From: Eledone cirrhosa | Lineage: Eukaryota | NCBI GenBank assembly: GCA_964016885.1 | Contig: OZ024743.1 | Coordinates: forward strand, 138,322,001-138,386,000 | Direction of reading: 5' to 3' | DNA length: 64,000 nt | Part shown: in pieces, positions 22,421 through 35,969 of the stretch | Layout: every line of letters begins with the position of its first letter | Numbering within the stretch: the first letter of the stretch is position 1 | Notes under the pieces: generated by a model | What the model saw: only the letters and a program-made list of their open reading frames with translations | The model's database searches: none | What the model was told of the DNA's origin: nothing | Position numbers and translations under genes: made by a program

Positions 22421-25400
22421 TTGGTGCTTGGTGCTTGGTGCTTGGTGTTTGGTGCTTGGTGTCTGGTGCTTGGTGTCTGGTGCTTGGTGTTTGGTGTTTG
22501 GTGTTTGGTGCTTGGTGTTTGGTGTTTGGTGTTTGGTGTTTGGTGCTTGTTGCTTGGTGCTTGGTGCTTGGTGTTTGGTGCTTGGTGCTTGGTGTTTGGT
22601 GCTGGGTGCTTGTTGTTTGGTGCTTGGTGCTTGGTGCTTGGTGTTTGGTGTTTGGTGCTTGGCGCTTGGTGTTTGGTGTTTGGTGTTATATGCTTGGTGT
22701 TTGATGCTTGGTGCTTGGTGCTTGGTGTTTGGTGTTTGGTGATTGGTGTTTTATGCTTGGTGTTTGATGTTTGGTGCTTGGTGCTTGGTGTTTGGTGCTT
22801 GGTGCTTGGTGTTTGTACTTGGTGCTTGGTGCTTGGTTCTTGGTGTTTGGTGCTTGGTGCTTGGTGCTTTGTGCTTGGTGTTTGGTGCTTGGGGTTTGGT
22901 GCTTGGTGTTCGGTGCTTGCTGCCTGGTGCTTGGTGCTTGGTGCTTGGTGTTTGGTGCTTGGTGTTTGGTGCTTGGTATTAGGTGTTTGGTGCTTGGTGC
23001 TTGGTGTTTGGTGTTTGGTGCTTGGTGTTTGGTGCTTGGTGTTTGGTGTTTGGTGCTTGGTGTTTGGTGCTTGGTACTTGGTGCTTGGTGCTTGGTGTTA
23101 GGTGTTTGGTGCTTGGTGCTTGGTGTTTGGTTTTTGGTGCTTGGTACTTGGTGTCTGGAGCTTGGTGTTTGGTGTTTGGTGCTTGGTGTTTGGTGTTTGG
23201 TGCTTGCTGCTGGCTGCTTGGTGTTTGGTGCTTGGTGATTGGTGCTTGGTGTTTGGTGCTTGGTGTTTGGTGTTTGGTACTAGGTGCTTGGTGCTTGGTG
23301 TTTGGTGCTTGGTGCTTGGTGTTTGGTGTTTGGTGCTTGGTGCTTGGTGTTTGGTGCTTGGTGCTGGGTTCTGGGTGGTTGGTGTTTGGTGCTTGGTGTT
23401 TGGTGCTGGGTGCTTGGTGTTTGGTGCTTGGTGCTTGGTCTTTGGTGTTTGGTGTTTGGTGTTTGGGGCTTGGTGCTTGGTGCTTAGTGTTTGGTGCTAG
23501 GTGCTTGGGGTTTGGTGTTTGGTGCTTGGTGCTTGGTGTTTGGTGCTTGGTGCTTGGTGTTTGGTGTTTGGTGCTTGGTGCTTGGTGTTTGGTGTTTGGT
23601 GTTTGGTGCTTGGTGCTTGGTGTTTGGTGCTTGGTGCTGGGTGGTTGGTGTTTGGTGCTTGGTGCTTGGTGCTTGGTGTTTCGTGCTAGGTGCATGGTGC
23701 TTGGTGTTTGGTGCTTGGTGCTTGGTGCTTGGTCTTTGGTGTTTGGTGTTTAGTGCTTGGTGCTTGGTGCTTGGTGCTTGGTGCTTGGTCCTTGGTGTTT
23801 GGTGCTTGGTGCTTGGTGTTTGGTGTTTGGTGCTTGGTGCTTGGTGCTTCGTGTTTGGTGTTTGGTGCTTGGTGTCTGGAGCTTGGTGTTTGGTGTTTGG
23901 TGCTTGGTGTTTGGTGTTTGGTGCTTGGTGCTTGGTGTTTGGTGCTTGGTGCTTGGTGTTTGTACTTGGTGCTTGGTGCTTGGTGTTTGGTGCTTGGTTC
24001 TTGGTGTTTGGTGCTTGGTGTTTGGAGCTTGGTGCTTGGTGTTTGGTGCTTGGTGCTTGGTGTTTGTACTTGGTGCTTGGTGCTTGGTGTTTGGTGCTTG
24101 GTTCTTGGTGTTTGGTGCTTGGTGTTTGGAGCTTGGTGCTTGGTGTTTGGTGCTTGGTGCTTGGTGTTTGGTGTTTGGTGCTTGGTGCTTGGTGTTTGGT
24201 GTTTGGTGCTTGGTGTTTGGTGTTTGGTGCTTGGTGCTTGGTGCTTGGTGTTTGTTGCTTGGTACTTGGTGCATGGTGTTTGGTGCTGGGTGCTTGGTGT
24301 TTTGTGCTTGGTTCTTGGTGTTTGGTGTTTGGTGCTTGGTACTTGGTGTCTGGAGCTTGGTGTTTGGTGTTTGGTGCTTGGTGTTTGGTGCTTGGTGCTT
24401 GGTGTTTGGTGTTTGGTGTTTGATGCTTGGTGTTTTATGCTTGGTGCTTGGTGTTTGGTGCTTGGTGTTTGTATTTGGTGCTTGGTGCTTGGTGTTTTGT
24501 GCTTGGTACTTGGTGCTTGGTGTTAGGTGTTTGGTGCTTGGTCCTTGGTGTTTAGTGCTTGGTGCTTGGTGTTTGTTGTTTGGTGCTTTCTGTTTGCTGC
24601 TTGGTGTTTGCTGCTTGGTGCTTGGTGCTTGGTGTTTGGTGTTTGGTGCTAGGTGCTTGGTGTTTGGTGTTTGGTGTTTGATGCTTGGTGTTTGGTGCTT
24701 GGTGTTTGGTGCTTGGTGCCTGGGGCTTGGTGTTTGGTGCTTGGTGCTTGGTGCTTGGTGTTTGGTGCTTGGTGCTTGGTGTTTGGTGTTTGGTGTTTGG
24801 TGCTTGGTGCTTGGTGTTTGGTGCTTGGTGCTTGGTGCTGGGTGGTTGGTATTTGGTGCTTGGTGCTTGGTGTTTGGTGCTTGGTGCTTGGTGCTTGGTG
24901 TTTGGTGCTTGGTGCTTGGTGCTTGGTCTTTGGTGCTTGGTGTTTGGTGTTTGGTGCTTGGTGCTTTGTGTTTGGTGCTTGGTGATTAGTGTTTGGTGCT
25001 TGGTACTTGGTGTTTGGTGCTTGGTGTTTGTTGTTTGCTGTTTGGTGTTTGGTGTTTGGTGTTTGCTGTTTGGTGTCTGCTTTTTGGTGTTTGGTGTTTG
25101 CTGTATGGTGTTTGCTGTTTCGTGTTTGGTGTTTGCTGTTTGGTGTTTGGTGTTTGCTGTTTGGTGTTTGGTCTTTGGTGCTTGGTGTTTGGTGCTTGGT
25201 GCTTGGTGTTTGGTGTTTGGTGCTTGGTGCTTGGTGCTTGGTGTTTGGTGCTTGGTATCTGGTGCTTGGTGTCTGGTGCTTGGTGTTTGGTGTTTGGTGT
25301 TTGGTGCTTGGTGTTTGGTGTTTGGTGTTTGGTGTTTGGTGCTTGTTGCTTGGTGCTTGGTGCTTGGTGTTTGGTGCTTGGTGCTTGGTGTTTGGTGCTG

Positions 25401-26340
25401 GGTGCTTGGTGTTTGGTGCTTGGTGCTTGGTGCTTGGTGTTTGGTGTTTGGTGCTTGGTGCTTGGTGTTTGGTGTTTGGTGTTTGGTGCTTGGTGTTTGA
25501 TGCTTGGTGCTTGGTGCTTGGTGTTTGGTGTTTGGTGATTGGTTATTTATGCTTGGTGTTTGATGTTTGGTGCTTGGTGCTTGGTGTTTGGTGCTTGGTG
25601 CTTGGTGTTTGTACTTGGTGCTTGGTGCTTGGTTCTTGGTGTTTGGTGCTTGGTGCTTGGTGCTTGGTGCTTGGTGTTTGGTGCTTGGGGTTTGGTGCTT
25701 GGTGTTCGGTGCTTGCTGCCTGGTGCTTCGTGCTTGGTGCTTGGTGTTTGGTGCTTGGTGTTTGGTGCTTGGTATTAGGTGTTTGGTGCTTGGTGCTTGG
25801 TGTTTGGTGTTTGGTGCTTGGTGTTTGGTGCTTGGTGTTTGGTGTTTGGTGCTTGGTGTTTGGTGCTTGGTACTTGGTGCTTGGTGCTCGGTGTTAGGTG
25901 TTTGGTGCTTGGTGCTTGGTGTTTGGTTTTTGGTGCTTGGTGCTTGGTGTTTGGTGTTTGGTGCTTGCTGCTGGCTGCTTGGTGTTTGGTGCTTGGTGAT
26001 TGGTGCTTGGTGTTTGGTGCTTGGTGTTTGGTGTTTGGTACTAGGTGCTTGGTGCTTGGTGTTTGGTGCTTGGTGCTTGGTGTTTGGTGTTTGGTGCTTG
26101 GTGCTTGGTGTTTGGTGCTTGGTGCTGGGTTCTGGGTGGTTGGTGTTTGGTGCTTGGTGTTTGGTGCTGGGTGCTTGGTGTTTGGTGCTTGGTGCTTGGT
26201 CTTTGGTGTTTGGTGTTTGGTGTTTGGGGCTTGGTGCTTGGTGCTTAGTGTTTGGTGCTAGGTGCTTGGGGTTTGGTGTTTGGTGCTTGGTGCCTGGTGT
26301 TTGGTGCTTGGTGCTTGGTGTTTGGTGTTTGGTGCTTGGT
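21740..26340 (+). repeat. ~2.8-kb tandem duplication (more diverged copies) forming the transition between array domains
   Basis: ORFs 21857/24653, 22193/24989, 22743/25539 and 22983/25779 are offset by 2,796. The pair 23284/26045 is offset by 2,761 (35 bp = 5 monomers fewer). Confidence 0.85.
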
Positions 26341-27369
26341 GCTTGGTGTTTGGTGTTTCCTGTTTGCTGTTTGGTGTTTGGTGTTTGGTGTTTGCTGTTT
26401 GCTGTCTGCTTTTTGGGGTTTGGTGTTTGCTGTATGTTATTTGCTGTTTGGTGTTTGGTGTTTGGTGTTTGGTGCTTGGTGCTTGGTGTTTGGTGCTTGG
26501 TGCTTGGTGTTTGGTGCCTGGTGCTTGGGGCTTGGTGTTTGGTGTTTGGTGCTTGGTGCTTGGAGTTTGGTGTTTGGTGCTTGGTGCTTGGTGTTTGGTG
26601 CTTGGTGCTTGGTGTTTGGTGCCTGGTGCTTGGGGCTTGGTGTTTGGTGTTTGGTGCTTGGTGCTTGGAGTTTGGTGTTTGGTGCTTGGTGCTTGGTGTT
26701 TTGTGTTTGGTGTTTGGTTTTTGGTGCTTGGTGCTTGGTGCTTGGTGCTTGGTCCTTGGTGTTTGGTGCTTGGTGCTTGGTGTTTGTACTTGGTGCTTGG
26801 TGCTTGGTGTTTGGTTCTTGGTTCTTGGTGTTTGGTACTTGGTGCTTGGTGCTTGGTGCTTGGTGTTTGGTGTTTGGTGCTTGGTGTTTGGTGCTTGGTG
26901 CTTGGTGCTTGGTGTTAGGTGTTTGGTGCTTGGTGCTTGGTGTTTGGTGCTTGGTGTTTGGTGTTTGCTGATTGCTGTTTGGTGTTTGGTGTTTGGTGTT
27001 TGGTGTTTGCTGTTTGGTGTTTGGTGTTTGGTGTTTGGTGTTTGCTGTATGGTGTTTGCTGTTTCGTGTTTGGTGTTTGCTGTTTTCTGTTTGGTGTTTG
27101 CTGTTTGGTGTTTGGTCTTTGGTGCTTGGTGTTTGGTGCTTGGTGCTTGGTGTTTGGTGTTTGGTGCTTGGTGCTTGGTGCTTCGTGTTTGGTGTTTGGT
27201 GCTTGGTGTCTGGAGCTTGGTGTTTGGTGTTTGGTGCTTGGTGTTTGGTGTTTGGTGCTTGGTGCTTGGTCTTTGGTGCTTGGTGCTTGGTGTTTGTACT
27301 TGGTGCTTGGTGCTTGGTGTTTGGTGCTTGTTTCTTGGTGTTTGGTGCTTGGTGTTTGGTGCCTGGTGC

Positions 27370-30300
27370 TTGGTGTTTGGTGCTTGGTGCTTGGTGCTTG
27401 GTGCTTGGTGTTAGGTGTTTGGTGCTTGGTGCTTGGTGTTTGGTGTTTGGTTCTTGGTGCTTGGTATTTGGTGCTTGGTGCTTGCTGCTTGGTGTTTGGT
27501 GCTTGGTGATTGATGCTTGGTGTTTGGTGCTTGGTGCTTGGTGTTTGGTTTTTGGTGCTAGGTGCTTGGTGCTTGGTGTTTGGTGCTTGGTGTTTGGTGT
27601 TTGGTGCTTGGTGCTTGGTGTTTGGTACTTGGTGCTTGGTGCTTGGTGTTTGGTGCTTGGTGCTTGGTGTTTGGTGTTTGGTGTTTGGTGCTCGGTGCTT
27701 GGTGTTTGGTGCTGGGTGCTTGGTGCTGGGTGGTTGGTGTTTGGTGCTTGGTGCTTGGTGTTTGGTGCTAGGTGCATGGTGCTTGGTGTTTGGTGCTTGG
27801 TGCTTGGTGCTTGGTCTTTGGTGTTTGTGTTTAGTGCTTGGTGCTTTGTGCTTGGTGCTTGGTGCTTGGTCCTTGGTGTTTGGTGCTTGGTGCTTGGTGT
27901 TTGGTGTTTGGTGCTTGGTGCTTGGTGCTTCGTGTTTGGTGTTTGGTGCTTGGTGTCTGGAGCTTGGTGTTTGGTGTTTGGTGCTTGGTGCTTGGTGTTT
28001 GGTGCTTGGTGCTTGGTGTTTGGTGCTTGGTGCTTGGTGTTTGTACTTGGTGTTTGGTGCTTGGTGTTTGGTGCTTGGTTCTTGGTGTTTGGTGCTTGGT
28101 GTTTGGAGCTTGGTGCTTGGTGTTTGGTGCTTGGTGCTTGGTGTTTGTACTTGGTGCTTGGTGCTTGGTGTTTGGTGCTTGGTTCTTGGTGTTTGGTGCT
28201 TGGTGTTTGGAGCTTGGTGCTTGGTGTTTGGTGCTTGGTGCTTGGTGTTTGGTGTTTGGTGCTTGGTGCTAGGTGTTTGGTGCTTGGTGCTTGGTGTTTG
28301 GTGTTTGGTTCTTGGTGCTTGGTATTTGGTGCTTTGTGCTTGCTGCTTGGTGTTTGGTGCTTGGTGATTGATGCTTGGTGTTTGGTGCTTGGTGCTTGGT
28401 GTTTGGTTTTTGGTGCTAGGTGCTTGGTGCTTGGTGTTTGTTGCTTGGTGTTTGGTGTTTGGTGCTTGGTGCTTGGGGCTTGGTGTTTGGTACTTGGTGC
28501 TTGGTGCTTGGTGTTTGGTGTTTGGTGCTTGGTGTTTGGTGTTTGGTGTTTGGTGCTTGGTGCTTGGTGTTTGGTGCTTGGTGCATGGTGCTGGGTGGTT
28601 GGTGTTTGGTGCTTGGTGCTTGGTGTTTGGTGCTTGGTGCATGGTGCTTGGTGTTTGGTGCTTGGTGCTTGGTGCTTGGTCTTTGGTGTTTGGTGTTTAG
28701 TGCTTGGTGCTTGGTGTTTGGTGCTTGGTGCATTGTGATTAGTGTTTGGTGCTTGGTCCTTGGGGTTTGGTGTTTGGTGCTTGGTGCTTGGTGTTTGGTG
28801 CTGGGTACTTGGTGTTTGGTGCTTGGTGTTTGCTGTTTGCTGTTTGGTGTTTTTGGTGTTTGCTGTTTGCTGTTTGGTGTTTGCTCTATGGTGTTTGCTG
28901 TTTCATGTTTGGTGTTTGCTGTTTGGTGTTTGGTGTTTGCTGTTTGGTGTTTGGTCTTTGGTGCATGGTGTTTGGTGTTTGGTGCTTGGTGCTTGGTGCT
29001 TGGTGTTTGGTGTTTGGTGTTTGGTGCTTGGTGCCTGGTGCTTGTAGTTTGGTGATTGGTGCTTGGTGTTTGCTGTTTGGTGTTTGGTGTTTGGTGTTTG
29101 CTGTTTGGTGTTTGGTGCTTGGTGCTTGGTGCTTGGTGTTTGGTGCTTGGTGCTTGGTGTTTGGTGTTTGGTGCTTGGTGTTTGGTGCTTGGTGCCTGGT
29201 GCTTGTTGTTTGGTGCTTGGTGTTTGGTGTTTGGTGTTTGGTGCTTGGTGTTTGGTGCTTGGTGTTTGGTGTTTGGTGCTTGGTGCTTGGTGTTTGGTGT
29301 TTGATGCTTGGTGCTTGGTGCTTGGTGTTTGGTGTTTGCTGCTTGGTGTCTGGTGCTTCGTGCTGGGTGCTTGGTGTTTGGTGCTTGGTGTTTGGTGCTT
29401 GGTGCTTGGTGCTTGGTGTTAGGTGTTTGGTGCTTGGTGTTTGGTGTTTGGTGCTTCATGCTTGGTGCTTGGTGTTTGGTGCTTGGTGCTTGGTGTTTGG
29501 TGCTTGGTGCCTGGTGCATGGTGTTTGGTGCTTGATGCTTGGTGATTGGTGTTTGCTGTTAGGTGTTTGGTGCTTGGTGCTTGGTGTTTGGTGCTTGGTG
29601 CTTGGTGTTTGGTGTTTGGTGCCTGGTGATTGGTGCTTGGTGTATGGTGCTTGGTGCTTGGTGTTTGGTGCTAGGTGCGTGGTGCTTGGTGCTTGGTGTT
29701 TGGTGCTTGGTGTTTGGTGCTTGGCACTTGGGGCTTGGTGTTTGGTGCTTGGTGCTTGGTGCTTGGTGTTTGGTGCTTGGTGCTTGGTGTTTGGTGTTTG
29801 GTGCTTGGTGTTTGGTGCTTGGTGCTTGGTGCTGGGTGATTGGTGTTTGGTGCTTGGTGCTTGGTGTTTGGTGTTTGGTGCTTGGTGCTTGGTGCTTGGT
29901 GTTTGGTGCTTGGTGCTTGGTGCTTGGTCTTTGGTGCTTGGTGTTTGGTGTTTGGTGCTTGGTGCTTGGTGTTTGGTGCTTGGTGCTTGGTGATTAGTGT
30001 TTGGTGCTTGCTGCTTGGGGCTTGGTGTTTGGTGCTTGGTGCTTGGTGTTTGGTGCTTGGTGCTTGGTGTTTGGTGCTTGGTGTTTGGTTTTTGCTGTTT
30101 GGTGTTTGGTGTTTGGTGTTTGCTGTTTGCTGTTTGCTTTTTGGTGTTTGGTGTTTGCTGTATGGTGTTTGCTGTTTCGTGTTTATTGTTTGCTGTTTGG
30201 TGTTTGGTGTTTGGTGTTTGCTGTTTCCTGTTTGGTCTTTAGTCTTTGGTGCTTGGTGTTTGGTGCTTGGTGCTTGGTGTTTGGTATTTGGGGCTTGGTG

Positions 30301-33300
30301 ATTGGTGCTTGGTGCTTGGTGTTTGGTGTTTGGTGCTTGGGGCTTGGTGTTTGGTGCTGCGTGCTTGGTGATTGGTGCTTGGTGCTTGGTGTTTTGTGTT
30401 TGGTGTTTGATGCTTGGTGTTTGGTGTTTGGTGCTTGGTGCTTGGTGTTTGGTGTTTGATGCTTGGTGCTTGATGCTTGGTGCTTGGTGCTTGGTGTTTG
30501 GTGTTTGGTGCTTGGTGTTTGTACTTGTTGCTTGGTGCTTGGTGTTTGGTGCTTGGTTTTTGGTGCTTGGTGTTTGGTGTTTGCTGTTTGCTGTTTGGTG
30601 CTTGGTGTTTGCTGTTTGGTATTTGTTGTTTGGTGTTTGCTGTTTGGTGTTTGCTGTTTGGTGTTTGGTGCTTGCTGTTTGGTGCTTGGTGTTTGGTGCT
30701 TGGTGCTTAGTGTTTGGTGTTTGGTGTTTGGTGCTTGGTGCTTGGGGCTTGGTGTTTGGTGCTTGGTGCTTGGTGCTTGGTGCTTGGTGCATGGTGCTTG
30801 GTGCTTGGTGTTTGTCGCTTGGTGCTTGGTGCTTGGTGTTTGGTGTTTGGTGTTTGGTGTTTGGTGTTTGGTGTTTGGTGTTTGCTGTTTGCTGTTTGGT
30901 GTCTGCTTTTTGGTGTTTGGTGTTTTCTGTATGGTGTTTGCTGTTTCGTGTTTGGTGTTTGCTGTTTGGTGTTTGCGGTTTGCTGTTTGGTGTTTGGTGC
31001 TTGGTGCTTGGTGCTTGGTGTTTGGTGTTTGGTGCTTGGTGTTTGGTGTTTGGTTCTTGGTGCTTGGATTTTGGTGCTTGGTGCCTGGTGCTTGGTGTTT
31101 GGTGTTTGATGCTTGGTGCTTGATGCTTGGTGCTTGGTGTTTGGTGCTTGGTGCTTGGTGTTTGTACTTGTTACTTGATGCTTGGTGTTTGGTGTTTGGT
31201 GCTTGGTGCTTGGTGTTTGTACTTGGTGCTTGGTGCTTGGTGTTTGGTGCTTGGTGGTTGGTGCTTGGTGCTTGGTGTTTGGTGCTTGGTGCTTGGTGCT
31301 TGGTGCTTGGTGTTAGGTGTTTGGTGCTTGGTGCTTGGTGTTTGGTGTTTGGTTCTTGGTGCTTGGTATTTGGTGCTTGGTGCTTGCTGCTTGGTGTTTG
31401 GTGCTTGGTGATTGATGCTTGGTGTTTGGTGCTTGGTGCTTGGTGTTTGGTTTTTGGTGCTAGGTGCTTGGTGCTTGGTGTTTGGTGCTTGGTGTTTGGT
31501 GTTTGGTGCTTGGTGCTTGGTGTTTGGTACTTGGTGCTTGGTGCTTGGTGTTTGGTGCTTGGTGCTTGGTGTTTGGTGTTTGGTGTTTGGTGCTTGGTGC
31601 TTGGTGTTTGGTGCTGGGTGCTTGGTGCTGGGTGGTTGGTGTTTGGTGCTTGGTGCTTGGTGTTTGGTGCTAGGTGCATGGTGCTTGGTGTTTGGTGCTT
31701 GGTGCTTGGTGCTTGGTCTTTGGTGTTTGGTGTTTAGTGCTTGGTGCTTGGTGCTTGGTGCTTGGTGCTTGGTCCTTGGTGTTTGGTGCTTGGTGCTTGG
31801 TGTTTGGTGTTTGGTGCTTGGTGCTTGGTGCTTCGTGTTTGGTGTTTCGTGCTTGGTGTCTGGAGCTTGGTGTTTGGTGTTTGGTGCTTGGTGTTTGGTG
31901 TTTGGTGCTTGGTGCTTGGTGTTTGGTGCTTGGTGCTTGGTGTTTGTACTTGGTGTTTGGTGCTTGGTGTTTGGTGCTTGGTTCTTGGTGTTTGGTGCTT
32001 GGTGTTTGGAGCTTGGTGCTTGGTGTTTGGTGCTTGGTGCTTGGTGTTTGTACTTGGTGCTTGGTGCTTGGTGTTTGGTGCTTGGTTCTTGGTGTTTGGT
32101 GCTTGGTGTTTGGAGCTTGGTGCTTGGTGTTTGGTGCTTGGTGCTTGGTGTTTGGTGTTTGGTGCTTGGTGCTAGGTGTTTGGTGCTTGGTGCTTGGTGT
32201 TTGGTGTTTGGTTCTTGGTGCTTGGTATTTGGTGCTTTGTGCTTGCTGCTTGGTGTTTGGTGCTTGGTGATTGATACTTGGTGTTTGGTGCTTGGTGCTT
32301 GGTGTTTGGTTTTTGGTGCTAGGTGCTTGGTGCTTGGTGTTTGTTGCTTGGTGTTTGGTGTTTGGTGCTTGGTGCTTGGGGCTTGGTGTTTGGTACTTGG
32401 TGCTTGGTGCTTGGTGTTTGGTGCTTGGTGCTTGGTGTTTGGTGTTTGGTGTTTGGTGCTTGGTGCTTGGTGTTTGGTGCTTGGTGCTTGGTGCTGGGTG
32501 GTTGGTGTTTGGTGCTTGGTGCTTGGTGTTTGGTGCTTGGTGCATGGTGCTTGGTGTTTGGTGCTTGGTGCTTGGTGCTTGGTCTTTGGTGTTTGGTGTT
32601 TAGTGCTTGGTGCTTGGTGCTTGGTGCTTGGTGCATTGTGATTAGTGTTTGGTGCTTGGTCCTTGGGGTTTGGTGTTTGGTGCTTGGTGCTTGGTGTTTG
32701 GTGCTGGGTACTTGGTGTTTGGTGCTTGGTGTTTGCTGTTTGCTGTTTGGTGTTTTTGGTGTTTGCTGTTTGCTGTTTGGTGTCTGCTTTTTGGTGTTTG
32801 GTGTTTGCTCTATGGTGTTTGCTGTTTCATGTTTGGTGTTTGCTGTTTGGTGTTTGGTGTTTGCTGTTTGGTGTTTGGTCTTTGTTGCCTGGTGTTTGGT
32901 GTTTGGTGCTTGGTGCTTGGTGCTTGGTGTTTGGTGTTTGGTGTTTGGTGCTTGGTGCCTGGTGCTTGTAGTTTGGTGATTGGTGCTTGGTGTTTGCTGT
33001 TTGGTGTTTGATGTTTGGTGTTTGCTGTTTGGTGTTTGGTGCTTGGTGCTTGGTGCTTGGTGTTTGGTGCTTGGTGCTTGGTGTTTGGTGCTTGGTGTTT
33101 GGTGCTTGGTGTTTGGTGTTTGGTGCTTGGTGCTTGGTGTTTGGTGTTTGATGCTTGGTGCTTGGTGCTTGGTGTTTGGTGTTTGCTGCTTGGTGTCTGG
33201 TTCCTGGTGCTGGGTGCTTGGTGTTTGGTGCTTGGTGTTTGGTGCTTGGTGCTTGGTGCTTGGTGTTAGGTGTTTGGTGCTTGGTGTTTGGTGTTTGGTG

Positions 33301-35110
33301 CTTCATGCTTGGTGCTTGGTGTTTGGTGCTTGGTGCTTGGTGTTTGGTGCTTGGTGCCTGGTGCATGGTGTTTGGTGCTTGATGCTTGGTGATTGGTGTT
33401 TGCTGTTAGGTGTTTGGTGCTTGGTGCTTGGTGTTTGGTGCTTGGTGCTTGGTGTTTGGTGTTTGGTGCCTGGTGATTGATGCTTGGTGTATGGTGCTTG
33501 GTGCTTGGTGTTTGGTGCTAGGTGCGTGGTGCTTGGTGCTTGGTGTTTGGTGCTTGGTGTTTGGTGCTTGGCACTTGGGGCTTGGTGTTTGGTGCTTGGT
33601 GCTTGGTGCTTGGTGTTTGGTGCTTGGTGCTTGGTGTTTGGTGTTTGGTGCTTGGTGTTTGGTGCTTGGTGCTTGGTGCTGGGTGATTGGTGTTTGGTGC
33701 TTGGTGCTTGGTGTTTGGTGCTTGGTGCTTGGTGTTTGGTGTTTGGTGCTTGGTGCTTGGTGCTTGGTGTTTGGTGCTTGGTGCTTGGTGCTTGGTCTTT
33801 GGTGCTTGGTGTTTGGTGTTTGGTGCTTGGTGCTTGGTGTTTGGTGCTTGGTGCTTGGTGATTAGTGTTTGGTGCTTGCTGCTTGGGGCTTGGTGTTTGG
33901 TGCTTGGTGCTTGGTGTTTGGTGCTTGGTGCTTGGTGTTTGGTGCTTGGTGTTTGGTTTTTGCTGTTTGGTGTTTGGTGTTTGGTGTTTGCTGTTTGCTG
34001 TTTGCTTTTTGGTGTTTGGTGTTTGGTGTATGGTGTTTGCTGTTTCGTGTTTATTGTTTGCTGTTTGGTGTTTGGTGTTTGGTATTTGCTGTTTCCTGTT
34101 TGGTCTTTAGTCTTTGGTGCTTGGTGTTTGGTGCTTGGTGCTTGGTGTTTGGTATTTGGTGCTTGGTGTTTGGTGCTTGGTGCTTGGTGTTTGGTATTTG
34201 GGGCTTGGTGATTGGTGCTTGGTGCTTGGTGTTTGGTGTTTGGTGCTTGGGGCTTGGTGTTTGGTGCTGCGTGCTTGGTGATTGGTGCTTGGTGCTTGGT
34301 GTTTTGTGTTTGGTGTTTGATGCTTGGTGTTTGGTGTTTGGTGCTTGGTGCTTGGTGTTTGGTGTTTGATGCTTGGTGCTTGATGCTTGGTGCTTGGTGC
34401 TTGGTGTTTGGTGCTTGGTGCTTGGTGTTTGTACTTGTTGCTTGGTGCTTGGTGTTTGGTGCTTGGTTTTTGGTGCTTGGTGTTTGGTGTTTGCTGTTTG
34501 CTGTTTGGTGCTTGGTGTTTGCTGTTTGGTGTTTGTTGTTTGGTGTTTGCTGTTTGGTGTTTGCTGTTTGGTGTTTGGTGCTTGCTGTTTGGTGCTTGGT
34601 GTTTGGTGCTTGGTGCTTAGTGTTTGGTGTTTGGTGTTTGGTGCTTGGTGCTTGGGGCTTGGTGTTTGGTGCTTGGTGCTTGGTGCTTGGTGCTTGGTGC
34701 ATGGTGCTTGGTGCTTGGTGTTTGTTGCTTGGTGCTTGGTGCTTGGTGTTTGGTGCTTGGTGTTTGGTGTTTGGTGCTTGGTGTTTGGTGTTTGGTGTTT
34801 GGTGTTTGGTGTTTGGTGTTTGCTGTTTGCTGTTTGGTGTCTGCTTTTTGGTGTTTGGTGTTTTCTGTATGGTGTTTGCTGTTTCGTGTTTGGTGTTTGC
34901 TGTTTGGTGTTTGCGGTTTGCTGTTTGGTGTTTGGTGCTTGGTGCTTGGTGCTTGGTGTTTGGTGTTTGGTGCTTGGTGTTTGGTGTTTGGTTCTTGGTG
35001 CTTGGATTTTGGTGCTTGGTGCCTGGTGCTTGGTGTTTGGTGTTTGATGCTTGGTGCTTGATGCTTGGTGCTTGGTGTTTGGTGCTTGGTGCTTGGTGTT
35101 TGTACTTGTT
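27370..35110 (+). repeat. ~3.9-kb HOR, two tandem copies
   Basis: ORF pairs 27562/31464 (3,902), 28368/32271 (3,903), 29563/33410 (3,847), 29997/33865 (3,868) and 30302/34212 (3,910). Shared private markers: GCATTGTGATTAG, GCTCTATGG, GGCACTTGGGG, GTTTATTGTTT, TTTAGTCTTT, TTGCGGTT, GGATTTTGG. Confidence 0.9.
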
Positions 35111-35969
35111 ACTTGGTGCTTGGTGTCTGGTGTTTGGTGCTTGGTGTCTGGTGTTTTGTGCTTGGTGTTTGGTGTTTGATGCTTGGTGCTTGGTGTTTGG
35201 TGTTTGGTGCTTGGTGCTTGGTGTTTGGTGTTTAGTGCTTGGTGTTTGGTGTTTGGTGCTTGGTGCTTGGTGTTTGTTGCTTGGTACTTGGTGCATGGTG
35301 TTTGGTGCTGGGTGCTTGGTGTTTGGTGCTTGGTGTTTGGTGCTTGGTGCTTGGTGTTTGGTGTTTGGTGTTTGATGCTTGGTGCTTGGTGTTTGGTGCT
35401 TGGTGTTTGTACTTGGTGCTTGGTGCTTGGTGTTTTGTGCTTAGTTCTTGGTGTTTGGTGTTTGGTGCTTGGTGCTTGGTGCTTGGTGTTAGGTGTTTGG
35501 CGCTTGGTGCTTGGTGTTTGGTGTTTGGTCCTTGGTGCTTCGTGTTTAGTGCTTGGTGCTTGGTGTTTGTTGTTTGGTGCTTTCTGCTTGCTGCTTGGTG
35601 TTTGGTGCTTGGTCATTGGTGTTTGGTGTTTGGTGTTTGGTGTTTGGTGCTTCGTGCTTGGGGTTTGGTGTTTGGTGCTTGGTGCTTGGTGCTTGGTCTT
35701 TGGTGCTTGGTGCTTGGTGTTTGGTGTTTCGTGTTTGGTGCTTGGTGCTTGGTGTTTGGTGCTTGGTGCTTGGTGCTGGGTGGTTGGTATTTGGTGCTTG
35801 GTGCTTGGTGTTTGGTGCTTGGTGCTTGGTGCTTGGTGTTTGGTGTTTCGTGTTTGGTGCTTGGTGCTTGGTGTTTGGTGCTTGGGGCTTGGTGCTGGGT
35901 GGTTGGTATTTGGTGCTTGGTGCTTGGTGTTTGGTGCTTGGTGCTTGGTGCTTGGTGTTTGGTGCTTGG

